Positions 1 through 9,775 of a DNA stretch of 64,000 bases are shown in pieces (positions within the stretch are counted from its first letter, which is position 1; every line of letters begins with the position of its first letter). The notes beneath the pieces were generated by a model. The model saw nothing but the letters and a program-made list of their open reading frames with translations, had not been told where the DNA came from and ran no database searches. The DNA lies in the NCBI GenBank assembly GCA_043814705.1, contig JBDRJR010000122.1:9295-73294 (forward strand), written 5' to 3'. A program made the translations under genes and the position numbers. This DNA is from Verrucomicrobiota bacterium. GTDB lineage: Bacteria > Verrucomicrobiota > Kiritimatiellia > JAAZAB01.

Positions 1-2421
1 AAGCTCGTATATCTGAAGGACGTGGCCCGGGTAGAAGATGGATTTCAGGAAGTCACGACGATCGTGCGCGTCAACGGCAAGAGCGCCGTGCAAATGATGA
101 TCCAGAAGCAAATTGGCGCCAATACCGTTGAGGTTGCCCAACGGGTTAAGCAAAAACTCAAGGCATTGGAACCGACTCTGCCGTCGGACGTCAATTTTCT
201 TGTTGTTATGGACACGTCCAAGGACATTTTGGATGCACTTTCCTCGCTCAAATCCACGGTTTGGAACGGGGGGTTGCTGGTGATCCTGGTAACCTGGTTT
301 TTCCTGCGGCGTTTCCGATCCAGTATGATCATTGCGCTGACGATCCCATTTTCACTGCTGATCGCGTTTATTTATCTTTTTTTGGCCGGCAAAACGATCA
401 ACGTCATCAGTCTTTCGTCGCTGACAATTGCGATCGGCATGGTCGTGGATAATGCAATTGTCGTGGCGGATAACATCACGCGCCATTTGGACCGCGGGGA
501 ACGGCCGATGGAAGCCTCGATTTTCGGCGCCTCGGAAATGTTTCCGGCCATTGCCGCCTCGACGGCCACGACCATCGTGGTATTTATGCCCCTGCTGTTT
601 GTGTCCGGAGTGGTTGGGATCATGTTTGGCGAGTTGGCCGTCATTGTCTGTGTAACGTTGATTGCCTCTTTATTTACCGCCGCCACCTTTACGCCCATGC
701 TCTGTTCGCGGTGGTTGCGCCGGACGCCACGGGCCATTACGGGCGCAAGGGTGACGGCGATGCCGGCCATTTCCCGATTCCGGAAGATTTACGATCTTTC
801 CGAGCGCTGGTTCGCGGCGTGGGAGCAGGGTTACGGGTACTCATTGGCTTGGTGTTTGGACCACCGCAAGACGATAATTTTCGGGTTTACGGCCCTGTTT
901 CTGGGCAGTCTGCTGTTGATAAAGTTTGTGGGTAACGAATTTATTCCTGAGGAGGATTCCGGGGATTTGAACGTGACTGTGCATTTACCGATCGGCACGC
1001 GCGTTGAGGAAACCGACCGCGTGGCGCACACAATTGAGGTGATTTTTAACGAAATGATTCCCGAAAAAATTTCTATGCGTGTGCGTAGCGGTGCAACTGC
1101 GGGCATGGGCGCCATTTTCGGCGGGCAATCCGGCACACACGTCATTTCAGGCGGCGTCAAGCTGGCGCCAAAGGATCAGCGGCGCCGTTCGATTCAGGAG
1201 ATTGCCCAGGCGGTGCGCCAAAGGATCAAGGCTGTTCCCGGTGTGGTGAAAACCGATCTCAGCACGGCCAATCCCCTTGGCCGGGTCATCACCGGCACGG
1301 GCGGGAAGAGCGTGCAGGTTGAAATCATCGGTAATTCATTCGCCGATACGGATGCCGTCGCCGAAAAAATCAAGGCCGTCATGGAACGCACCCCCGGCGC
1401 CGTGGACGTCAGTATTTCACGGGAAATGAAACGGCCCGAACTGCGCCTTGCCGTGGACCGCGAAAAAGCCTCGGCTCTGGGGCTGGATATGTATACGTTG
1501 AGTCAAAGTGTGCGCGCTTTCATGGATGGTGCCACGGCCAGCAAATACCGCGAAAAAGGCGAGACTTACGATATTTATGTCCGGTTGGAAGAAACAGATC
1601 GTTCCCGGATTAAGGATATCGAATCCCTGATGCCGGTCTCGCCCTATACCGGCCAAGCGCTGTATCTGGGCAACCTGGCCCGCATCATCGAAACTGTCGG
1701 CCCGGTGGAAGTCGAGCGCCAGAACCGCGAGCGCGTGGTGCGCGTGGAATGCAATACACACGGACGTTCCATGGGCAAAGTGATTGAAGATATCCGCGGC
1801 AAAATGGCCGGCATTATCTTGCCTGCCGATGTCGCCATCGTGATCGGCGGGGAAGCCGAGGAACAGGGCAAAGCCTTCAAGGATTTGACGCTTTTACTTT
1901 TGCTGGGGATTGCCCTGGTTTATATGGTTATGGCCGCCCAGTTCGAGTCTTTACTGGATCCTTTTATTGTCATGTTTGCCGTGCCGTTTACTTTCACGGG
2001 CGTCATCCTGGCATTTCTGCTCACGGGCACCACCCTGAGCGTGATCACTTTCCTCGGCATTGTCATGCTTATGGGGATTGTCGTCAATAACGCCATCGTT
2101 CTGATCAGTTACATCAATATTCTGCGCGCACGCGGCCTGACAATGCTGGAAGCCGTGACGATAGGCGGACGCGACCGGTTGCGGCCCGTGCTGATGACCA
2201 CACTTACCACGCTCATGGGACTCCTGCCGCTGGCGCTTTCGCGCGGCGAAGGCTCAGAAACATGGCAACCGCTGGGCATTACCATGATCGGCGGCTTAAC
2301 CGTCTCGACGTTCATTACGCTGCTTTTCGTGCCGACGCTCTATGCCGTGTTTGAATCAAACTTGAAGCGGTTTAGAAAAATCAACCCCGCGACCGGACCT
2401 GAAACCATTAACGCGCATTAG
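1..2421 (+). CDS. RND-family efflux transporter permease (AcrB/CzcA-like), C-terminal ~800 aa; 5' end cut by the window edge
   Basis: The ORF is open from base 22 with no start codon. It has 12-TM RND architecture with two large periplasmic loops and conserved C-terminal TM helices (motifs such as VNNAIVLISYIN and LSRGEGSE). Confidence 0.85.
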   Translation, partial: KLVYLKDVARVEDGFQEVTTIVRVNGKSAVQMMIQKQIGANTVEVAQRVKQKLKALEPTLPSDVNFLVVMDTSKDILDALSSLKSTVWNGGLLVILVTWFFLRRFRSSMIIALTIPFSLLIAFIYLFLAGKTINVISLSSLTIAIGMVVDNAIVVADNITRHLDRGERPMEASIFGASEMFPAIAASTATTIVVFMPLLFVSGVVGIMFGELAVIVCVTLIASLFTAATFTPMLCSRWLRRTPRAITGARVTAMPAISRFRKIYDLSERWFAAWEQGYGYSLAWCLDHRKTIIFGFTALFLGSLLLIKFVGNEFIPEEDSGDLNVTVHLPIGTRVEETDRVAHTIEVIFNEMIPEKISMRVRSGATAGMGAIFGGQSGTHVISGGVKLAPKDQRRRSIQEIAQAVRQRIKAVPGVVKTDLSTANPLGRVITGTGGKSVQVEIIGNSFADTDAVAEKIKAVMERTPGAVDVSISREMKRPELRLAVDREKASALGLDMYTLSQSVRAFMDGATASKYREKGETYDIYVRLEETDRSRIKDIESLMPVSPYTGQALYLGNLARIIETVGPVEVERQNRERVVRVECNTHGRSMGKVIEDIRGKMAGIILPADVAIVIGGEAEEQGKAFKDLTLLLLLGIALVYMVMAAQFESLLDPFIVMFAVPFTFTGVILAFLLTGTTLSVITFLGIVMLMGIVVNNAIVLISYINILRARGLTMLEAVTIGGRDRLRPVLMTTLTTLMGLLPLALSRGEGSETWQPLGITMIGGLTVSTFITLLFVPTLYAVFESNLKRFRKINPATGPETINAH

Positions 2422-2441
2422 GCAACGGGAGGAGTGTATTT

Positions 2442-2732
2442 GTGAAAATGATCATGCTGGTTTTTAATGAAGCCATGAATGAGGAAGTCATGGAAGTCCT
2501 GCGCCATTGCCGGCTTGGCAGTTATACCCGCCTGAACGGAATTTTCGGCAAGGGTTCGGCGTCCGGAACCCACCTGGGCACCGATATCTGGCCGGGACGC
2601 AATAACAGCCTGCTTATGGCGGTGGACGATGAAGCCACCGCGCCGCTACTCAAATGCATCCGGGAATTGCGGAAAACAATGGGGTCCGAAGGCATCAAGG
2701 CTTTTACCTGGAACCTGGAATCCGTGACCTGA
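2442..2732 (+). CDS. Small P-II-like (DUF3240-type) protein downstream of the RND pump
   Basis: 96 aa with a beta-alpha-beta pattern and a GKG loop (GIFGKGSASG) resembling the P-II T-loop. It starts 21 nt after the RND gene. This family often follows heavy-metal RND pumps. Confidence 0.4.
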   Translation: MKMIMLVFNEAMNEEVMEVLRHCRLGSYTRLNGIFGKGSASGTHLGTDIWPGRNNSLLMAVDDEATAPLLKCIRELRKTMGSEGIKAFTWNLESVT

Positions 2733-2905
2733 TCGGCAAATATCATAACACGGACCGTAGCAGTTCTTAAGCCGGACACCGGCCCGGAACGTCTAATCCT
2801 GACATCAGCCGTTGCGATTTCCCGATTGGAAAATCGCTGAATCACCGAATCTCAATCCGCCTGCAGGGCCATGCGCAACATTGCGGGCAAGTCACTCAAT
2901 TTCTG

Positions 2906-3916
2906 CTACGGCAGGCTGATACGCAGTAGTCGGCTGGCGCCGGTGGTATCCAGATTGGCCATCTCATATTTCTTGAGACAGTCCGGCACAAGGGTTGTGG
3001 TTCCCGGGGTTACATCCACGAGCATACTGCCCGACTTGATCCGCACCAGTCCCTTTTCCAGGAACAGGGCGTGGAAACTATGGGTATCCAGCGGGCAATC
3101 CAGCATACCTGGCACGGTCAGTTCCTCAAATTTAAAATAGGGCGTGCGCAAGCGTTCTACAATAAGGTTTCCTTTTTGGGGCACTTCGGCGTGTACTGCG
3201 GGCATGAGCGCGCGGGCGGCGGGAATGTCTTGCCAATGGATGACTTTCATCGCCTGTTCGATATGCAGTTCTCGCGGCTTACCATCTGCGCCAACCCGGT
3301 CCCAGTCAAATACGCGATAAGTTGTATCGGAATTCTGCTGAACTTCCAATATGAGGCCGCCCGCGCCTATGGTATGGACACAACCGCCAGGAATATAGAT
3401 TACGTCACCTTGATGCACGCTAACGTGTTTGAGCAGATCGCCCACCCGGCCGGCCGCAAGGGCTTCCCGGAACCGGCTTTCATTTACACCGGGTTGAAAA
3501 CCGATAAACACTTCGGCGCCCGGATCCGCATCCAGCATATACCACATTTCGGCTTTCGCTTCGCCACCCACCGTTTTGGCGGAAGCTTCGTTCGGATGCA
3601 CCTGCACACTCAGGCGTTCCTTGGCATCAATCAGTTTGACCAGTAGCGGGAAGCGTTCTAAGGGGCGTCCCAGCAGTTCGGTTCCATAGGTTTGGGTCAA
3701 TTCATGAATATCCTTGCCGGCCAGGGTGCCGTTGACCACCACGTTGATACCCTCGGCGCGGTCGGTGATTTCCCAGGATTCGGCGTAAACACCGGGCGGC
3801 AAGGAACGGCCGTAGCGGCGGGCAATGCGGTCCCCGCCCCAGATATAATTCTTATAAACCGGCTTGAACATTAACGGGTAAAGGGGCGGTTTTGTATTCA
3901 TCACAAAATCAAGCAT
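2906..3916 (-). CDS. manA: Mannose-6-phosphate isomerase, class I
   Basis: N-terminal YIWGG motif, the LSVQVHPNE metal-binding motif, and a C-terminal HAL(F)..G pattern typical of type I phosphomannose isomerase. Confidence 0.75.
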   Translation of the reverse strand: MLDFVMNTKPPLYPLMFKPVYKNYIWGGDRIARRYGRSLPPGVYAESWEITDRAEGINVVVNGTLAGKDIHELTQTYGTELLGRPLERFPLLVKLIDAKERLSVQVHPNEASAKTVGGEAKAEMWYMLDADPGAEVFIGFQPGVNESRFREALAAGRVGDLLKHVSVHQGDVIYIPGGCVHTIGAGGLILEVQQNSDTTYRVFDWDRVGADGKPRELHIEQAMKVIHWQDIPAARALMPAVHAEVPQKGNLIVERLRTPYFKFEELTVPGMLDCPLDTHSFHALFLEKGLVRIKSGSMLVDVTPGTTTLVPDCLKKYEMANLDTTGASRLLRISLP

Positions 3917-4007
3917 ATCCTAACCCGTCAATTAAAACCAGAACGAAAATAATATTTTTTACTTGCACCCAACGATACATCCTTCTATTGTTGCACGGAT
4001 CGGAGAT

Positions 4008-4062
4008 CAGACGACAGACGACTGTCTACAGACGACAGACGACTGTCTACAGACGACAGATG
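4008..4062. repeat. Tandem 21-mer (three GACGACN-type heptamers) x2.5 in the manA/gltA divergent spacer
   Basis: agacgacagacgactgtctac is repeated in tandem. The same GACGACAGACGAC motif recurs at 7230, 9815, 29137, 29280 and 30541. Confidence 0.8.
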
Positions 4063-4100
4063 GAATCCATAAATCGGAAATCAAAAACTGGAGATTGGTT

Positions 4101-5402
4101 ATGCCAAATTCAGCTAAACTTATTATTGACGGGCAAGAGCACTTGTTCCCGATTGTTACGGGCACCCAGAGTGAGCGGGCCATTGATATTACGAGCCTGC
4201 GGGAGCAGGCCGGTCTGATTACGCTTGATACCAGCCTGGGAAATACGGGTAGTTGCCAGAGCCGTATTACCTATATTGATGGCGAAAAGGGCATTCTGCG
4301 CTACCGGGGCTATCCCATTGAGGAGTTGGCCGAAAAATCAACATTCGTGGAAACCGCCTATCTTCTTATTCACGGCGAACTGCCGTCGAAAGACGAGTTG
4401 GCGGTTTTTTCCAATCGGCTGAATGAATCGTCGCTGATCCACGAAGACATGCGCCACTTCTTTGTGGCATTCCCGAAATACGCGCATCCGATGGGCATTC
4501 TGGCCACCATGGTGGCATCGCTTTCCACGTTTTACCCCGTGCCGGATATCATGGACCCGGATGCCGAAGAACAGTTCATGGCTAACCTGATTTCCCAGGT
4601 GCGCACCGTGGCGGCCTTTTCATACAAAAAATCTATCGGCGAGCCGACGGTGTATCCGTCCTTCAAACTGCGTTATGTGGAAAATTTCCTGAACATGATG
4701 TTTTCGTCGCCGGTCAAGGATTATCGGCAGGATCCGGACATCGTACGGGCGGTGGAACTGTTCCTGATCCTGCACGCCGACCACGAGCAAAACTGCAGTG
4801 CGTCCACGGTGCGCCTGGTCGGATCCAGTCTGTCCAACATTTATTCCGTGATTTCGGCGGGAATTTCCGCATTGTGGGGGCCGCGTCATGGCGGCGCCAA
4901 TCAGGAAGTCATCCATATGCTGGAGCGCATTCTGGCTACCGGTGAAGACCCAAAAGTTTTCATTGGACGGGCCAAGAGCAAAACCGGCAAGGAACGGCTC
5001 ATGGGGTTTGGTCACCGGGTCTATAAGAACTTTGATCCGCGAGCCAAGATTCTCAAGCAGGCTTGCCATGAATTGCTTAATAAGCCGGGCGTTGCCAACC
5101 CGCTGTTTGATATTGCCCTGAAAATTGAGGAACTGGCGCTGAAGGACGAATATTTTATCGAGCGCAATCTCTATCCTAATGTGGATTTTTATTCCGGCCT
5201 GATCCTGAAAGCGGTTGGCATTCCCTACGATATGTTCACGGTGCTGTTTGCCATCGGACGCATGCCGGGCTGGCTGGCCCAGTGGCGCGAAATGGTGCAT
5301 ACCGAGGGTTGCAAATTCTTAAGACCGCGCCAGGTCTATATCGGTTCCCCGCAACGGCATTACGAGACGATTGACAAGCGCCTTTCCAGTAAACAGGGCT
5401 GA
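4101..5402 (+). CDS. gltA: Citrate synthase (type II)
   Basis: Motifs GYRGYPIEEL, HGGANQEV and GFGHRVYKNFDPRA. The start is taken at ATG 4101 (MPNSAKLIIDG). The longer ORF from 3963 would read through the tandem repeat. Confidence 0.9.
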   Translation: MPNSAKLIIDGQEHLFPIVTGTQSERAIDITSLREQAGLITLDTSLGNTGSCQSRITYIDGEKGILRYRGYPIEELAEKSTFVETAYLLIHGELPSKDELAVFSNRLNESSLIHEDMRHFFVAFPKYAHPMGILATMVASLSTFYPVPDIMDPDAEEQFMANLISQVRTVAAFSYKKSIGEPTVYPSFKLRYVENFLNMMFSSPVKDYRQDPDIVRAVELFLILHADHEQNCSASTVRLVGSSLSNIYSVISAGISALWGPRHGGANQEVIHMLERILATGEDPKVFIGRAKSKTGKERLMGFGHRVYKNFDPRAKILKQACHELLNKPGVANPLFDIALKIEELALKDEYFIERNLYPNVDFYSGLILKAVGIPYDMFTVLFAIGRMPGWLAQWREMVHTEGCKFLRPRQVYIGSPQRHYETIDKRLSSKQG

Positions 5403-5648
5403 GGGCAAAGAAAGATGCACGCGCTGTGCTTGACGCTCTGCGACGAGTATTTTTGGATCAAGCCCGCCAGCACCGGTGTCAGCACGTCGGCTATGCGCAA
5501 GAATCCCAGATCCGCGGCATGAATGCCGTCCGCGGTTCCCTCGCCATCACGGCCCAACAAATCATTCGCTTCGACAACATGCATGCATCCAAACGCAACG
5601 AGGAATCCCGCCGGCGGCTATTCGGCCGAACTGCCAACAGACAGGACT

Positions 5649-6152
5649 TCAACGCGATAAATAGATGCCGGAACCCAGCCAGAATGAATCGTCAACCTTG
5701 ACAACATAACCGAGTTTGCGGCCTTCCTTGCCGGTAGCCGGGTCTATCCAGCCAAACTCAACAAATCCATTGCCGTCCCTGGCGGCGGCGCGCAGTTGCT
5801 GAATGACCAGCGATCCACGATTATCCTGCTTTCCGGTCAGGTCCTGGCCGACAAGATTTGGCGTAAAACCATGCGCCAGGCACACGCAATTGAAGTCGTA
5901 GGCGTAAATGTAAAGCTCGCCCTTTTCGCGCACAAATTTGCCCTCAGGATTGGAAAACTCCTTCAGGGCCGTTTCCCGCCCGACTTCCTTGACATAGGCG
6001 GCGGCTTCTTCGACGAACTTGACCATCTGCTTCCTGGTGATGGACGCCATTGCCGTTGTTTCCTTCGGCGCTTGTGGTTGGCCCAGTTCACCGGCCAATG
6101 CCAATGTCATCGAAGTCAAAATTGCCGCCACTGTCATAAATACACCATGCAT
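5649..6152 (-). CDS. Secreted single-Cache-domain protein (stand-alone periplasmic sensor/ligand-binding domain)
   Basis: N-terminal signal peptide (MTVAAILTSMTLALA). Cache-like core YIYAYDFNCVCLAHG...LVGQDLTGKQDNRG. No transmembrane or output domain. Confidence 0.5.
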   Translation of the reverse strand: MHGVFMTVAAILTSMTLALAGELGQPQAPKETTAMASITRKQMVKFVEEAAAYVKEVGRETALKEFSNPEGKFVREKGELYIYAYDFNCVCLAHGFTPNLVGQDLTGKQDNRGSLVIQQLRAAARDGNGFVEFGWIDPATGKEGRKLGYVVKVDDSFWLGSGIYLSR

Positions 6153-6473
6153 GACAACCTCCTGATTGATTGTAAAAAATTAGAGCGATGCAATTTATTA
6201 TCGCCAATATCATGTTGGCGGTGGATTGTCAATCGCAGGATGCGTTGCGGAGCAATGCGTCAGAAGTTGTATATTTGGCAATGCCAAACAGAATCCGGTC
6301 CTATCCATTTCGTGTGTTCCGTGTTTCGCGGTTAATTTTCTTGTTTTTTATAGCGCTTTCGAGTGATTGCGGCGCTAATTTTTCACACGTTCCGAGGTGA
6401 CACAACCGCAAAGGTTTCGATGGCCAGATTAATTCCGACGTGCTATATTATCAAATAAGTTCGTCAGCAACAT

Positions 6474-7316
6474 GTGTTTAACGAATCAGAAATGCATGGT
6501 ATTGGAATGGATTACACCGAAATTCCATTAGGCGCAAATAATGACAAACGGTCAAATGCCGGCGCAATAACACGGGCACAGATTCTATGCCTGGCCAAGG
6601 GATTTGCGCATATTTTCTGGGGTATGTTTCTTATGCTCGGCCTGTTCCTTAGTCAGGCGGGACTGGAATTTTTTCATGGCATTCGCATCCCCGCCTATGT
6701 GTTGGGCGCCGGACTCATCGGCTGGGGATTGTGGTTATTGCGGTCGGCCGTCCCTGCAAAACGGAACTGGCAGAGACACACCCGGACGGCATTGGGACTG
6801 GCATTGCTGATCATATATTTCGCCCCGTTTATCGCCTGGTGGCAAGCCATGCCTTACGAGAATTTATTTCTGGTCAATGTTCTTGGTCTGCTCCTGACCG
6901 GCATGGGAATCCTTATGCTGGTTAATCTGCTGGCCGCCGAAACATTCAGCCTGTTTGAGGAATCGGGCGGCCGGATTGAATCCCAGGTTTTTGCGTTTGG
7001 CGTCGTTATCCTGATGATTGCGCCTTTCCTGATTGGTCTTTTGTTTGCGCTGGTGGCATCCATGCGTTATAATACAATTTTTGCCGAGGAAATCTGGATG
7101 ACGATTTACCGCATCCCCGTCTGGCTTTACGTGGCAACCACCTTGCCGTGTTCCCTGACCATGGTGGCCGCGTGGAAAGCCAAGGCTATCTGTTATCAAC
7201 GTCTGTGGAACAGCGGGGCAAAGCCCGACAACAGACGACAGACGACGGACGACAGACCAGAAAAGAATGAGGAAGAAGTAAACGTCGAACGCTCAACGTC
7301 CAACTCCCAACTTTAA
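6474..7316 (+). CDS. Hypothetical polytopic membrane protein with a repeat-derived hydrophilic C-terminal tail
   Basis: About 6 predicted TM helices. The last ~28 codons (PDNRRQTTDDRPEKNEEEVNVERSTSNSQL) are encoded by the GACGAC/AACGYYS heptamer repeat block. Confidence 0.45.
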   Translation: MFNESEMHGIGMDYTEIPLGANNDKRSNAGAITRAQILCLAKGFAHIFWGMFLMLGLFLSQAGLEFFHGIRIPAYVLGAGLIGWGLWLLRSAVPAKRNWQRHTRTALGLALLIIYFAPFIAWWQAMPYENLFLVNVLGLLLTGMGILMLVNLLAAETFSLFEESGGRIESQVFAFGVVILMIAPFLIGLLFALVASMRYNTIFAEEIWMTIYRIPVWLYVATTLPCSLTMVAAWKAKAICYQRLWNSGAKPDNRRQTTDDRPEKNEEEVNVERSTSNSQL

Positions 7317-7538
7317 AATGGAAGGGGAGACAACGCAACAGAACCAGACATGATTTTAACCTTAACCGCCAAAAACTGTTAAGAAAAACAAGAAGACATA
7401 GGGTTTTGCCCGCGAAACACGGACGCGAAAAAATCTTGGCTTGAACAATCAATGTATGCGATCAGGAATGGGTGGCATGTTGGCGTTGCTTTTACGATCA
7501 CTGACAACAACTCACATGGGTTACGGGCATAGCCCGCA

Positions 7539-8510
7539 TTGGATATGAGAAGCATTATTCTCCAGGCATGGACCCTTGCGACGAATACGGTGCTGGACAT
7601 TATCCGTCAACCGGTGATCCTGCTGTTGACCACTACCTGTGTTGTCCTGATCATGCTATTGCCCTCAACTGCAGTATTTGCCTTTGGGGAAGAGGCGCGC
7701 CTGGTTCATGATGGTGCTCTGGCACTGCACCTGGTATTTGGCCTGCTGGTGGCCGGCGCGGCGTCTGCGGCCACGATTTACACCGAAATCAAGAGGGGAA
7801 CCGCCGCCACAGTTCTGTGCAAACCAGTTTCCCGCAGTCTGTATTTTCTATCCACGTATGCCGGCATACTGATGGTCCTCATGTTGTTCGGCGCCATCGC
7901 CCTACTGGCCGGATTGCTGAGTGTGCGAATGGTCTTGCCGGGCATGCAAACAGACGGGCGGATTGGAGTGTTCTTCCTGACGGCCATGCTGATCGCGTTT
8001 GGCTATGCGGCAATTTCAAATTTTATGTTCCGGCGCCAGTTCGTTTCGCAAGCGTTTACCGGGCTGTTACCGTGCCTGGCGGCGGCGTTCGTTGCGACAG
8101 CCTGGCTTGCCCCCAACGGGCACGTGGTTCAATTCGGCAGTCTGATGGCATGGCGGATGGTTCCGGCCGGTATCCTGGTCAGCCTGGCCGTCATGGTTTT
8201 GGCCGCGTTGGCCGTTACACTCTCAACACGACTGCCGCCGGTCCTCAGCACATCGGCTTGCGCGGCCTTATTTTTTCTGGGCTTGGTGTCGGATTATTTG
8301 TTCCGCACTGCCGCCGCAACTTCATGGTGGGCCAATTTGAGCTATCGGCTATTGCCGCACTGGCAGAATTTTTGGATCGTGGATGCGCTTTCCGGCGGCG
8401 GCAATATCCCTTGGCGCTATGTGATTACAACCGCCGGCTATGCAGGATTATATACTATCGCTGTGCTCGCCCTGGGCTTGCTGTCGTTCCGCCGCGTGGA
8501 AATATTGTGA
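7539..8510 (+). CDS. ABC-2 family permease-like membrane protein (orphan; no ATPase adjacent)
   Basis: 6-TM protein with an EIKRGT motif matching the ExxxGT signature of ABC-2/NosY-type permeases. Confidence 0.45.
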   Translation: MDMRSIILQAWTLATNTVLDIIRQPVILLLTTTCVVLIMLLPSTAVFAFGEEARLVHDGALALHLVFGLLVAGAASAATIYTEIKRGTAATVLCKPVSRSLYFLSTYAGILMVLMLFGAIALLAGLLSVRMVLPGMQTDGRIGVFFLTAMLIAFGYAAISNFMFRRQFVSQAFTGLLPCLAAAFVATAWLAPNGHVVQFGSLMAWRMVPAGILVSLAVMVLAALAVTLSTRLPPVLSTSACAALFFLGLVSDYLFRTAAATSWWANLSYRLLPHWQNFWIVDALSGGGNIPWRYVITTAGYAGLYTIAVLALGLLSFRRVEIL

Positions 8511-8539
8511 AAACAAGATTAGGGAGCCGTGCGCAGCTT

Positions 8540-8643
8540 GAAATTTGAAATTCGAAATTAGGGCAAGAAATGAGTGCGTCAACCGGTTCATTAACAGCAC
8601 AAAAGCATGCAGGCCGAATATCTAATTTCCAGTTTCCAATTTC
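8540..8643. repeat. MITE-like element: 22-nt terminal inverted repeats made of GAAATTN heptamers flanking a ~60-nt core (copy 1)
   Basis: Left arm gaaatttgaaattcgaaattag and right arm ctaatttccagtttccaatttc are inverted. Homologous copies lie at 16288-16417 and 58605-58698. Confidence 0.65.
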
Positions 8644-9775
8644 ATCATGTCCCGGCGTCTCACGGCGTGAGTTTCTGGGTTGCATAGGAACGGGTGTGGC
8701 CGGTTGTGTTTTGGCTGACACACTGATTGGTGCAACACCGCTTGGTGCGGCGCAGGACGGCGCCGAACTGCACGAAGCCTCGTTTTATGAACAGTTGGCC
8801 GGCGGCAAGATCCGTTGCAAGCTGTGCCCGCGCGGGTGCGTGGTCGGTGACAAGCAACGCGGCTATTGCCGCGTCCGCGAAAACCGCGGTGGACGCTACT
8901 ATTCGCTGGTCTATGGCCGACCCTGCGCCCTGCACACCGACCCGATTGAAAAAAAACCGTTTTTTCATGTGTATCCGGGCAGTAAGGCTTTTTCCATTGC
9001 CACGGTGGGATGCAACATCGCCTGCAAGTTCTGTCAAAACTGGGACATTTCGCAAGCCAGTCCCGACGATATCCAGCCGCCATATCAATCCCCTGCGACA
9101 ATCGCACAACGGGCGGTGGAGTCCGGCGCGCGCACGCTTGCCTATACTTACACTGAACCCACCATCTTTTTTGAATACATGGCCGATTGCGCCAGGGCCG
9201 GCAAGGCGCGCGGCATCGAGAGCGTCGTGGTCAGTAACGGCTTTATTTCCGCGGAGGCCCAGCAGGCGCTGTTCCCACTGGTCAAGGCCATCAAAATTGA
9301 TTTCAAGGCATTCACATCGTCTTTCTACCGGGACATCTGCGACGGATTCATTGAGCCGGTGCAAGCCTCCCTCCGGCGCATGGCAAAGTCCGGCGTATGG
9401 TTCGAAATCGTTGTCCTCATCATTCCAACCCTGAATGACAGCTCCGACGAAATCAAGCGCATGGCGGCCTGGATCGTAAAGGACCTGAGTCCGGACGTGC
9501 CGCTCCATTTTTCCAGATATCATCCGATGTTCAAAATGAAAAATATCCCCCCCACCCCGCCCGACACCCTGCGGCGCGCGCGCCAGATTGCGCTGGCTGA
9601 AGGATGTCGCTTTGTCTATATCGGCAACGTGCCCGGCGAGGAAGCCCAGAATACCGTCTGCCCACACTGCCAGGCCATGTTGATTCGCCGTTATAATTAT
9701 CGTATCCTGGAAAATAATATCGTCAAAAGCGCCTGCAAGGCCTGCGGCAAGACGATTCCGGGCGTGTGGGAATGA
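8570..9775 (+). CDS. Radical SAM enzyme of the PflA-like / AmmeMemoRadiSam-type family with a twin-arginine (Tat) signal peptide
   Basis: Tat motif SRREFLGCIGTGVAG. N-terminal Cys cluster CKLCPRGCVV..GYC, the DPIEKKPFFH motif, and the radical-SAM CNIACKFCQN motif. The start is uncertain because the 5' end overlaps the MITE-like repeat. Confidence 0.8.
   Translation: MSASTGSLTAQKHAGRISNFQFPISSCPGVSRREFLGCIGTGVAGCVLADTLIGATPLGAAQDGAELHEASFYEQLAGGKIRCKLCPRGCVVGDKQRGYCRVRENRGGRYYSLVYGRPCALHTDPIEKKPFFHVYPGSKAFSIATVGCNIACKFCQNWDISQASPDDIQPPYQSPATIAQRAVESGARTLAYTYTEPTIFFEYMADCARAGKARGIESVVVSNGFISAEAQQALFPLVKAIKIDFKAFTSSFYRDICDGFIEPVQASLRRMAKSGVWFEIVVLIIPTLNDSSDEIKRMAAWIVKDLSPDVPLHFSRYHPMFKMKNIPPTPPDTLRRARQIALAEGCRFVYIGNVPGEEAQNTVCPHCQAMLIRRYNYRILENNIVKSACKACGKTIPGVWE

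Noticed and set aside
4008-4062. CRISPR array or CRISPR-like repeats among the tandem repeats
   Set aside because: Units are 7-21 nt with no unique spacers of 25-40 nt and no cas genes. They are simple tandem heptamer repeats.
3963-4100. Extended citrate synthase start at 3963 (MHPTIHPSIVARIGDQTTDDCLQTTDDCLQTTDG…)
   Set aside because: The extension is encoded by the tandem 21-mer repeat and lacks similarity to citrate synthase N-termini. The canonical start MPNSAKLIIDG at 4101 matches orthologous N-termini.
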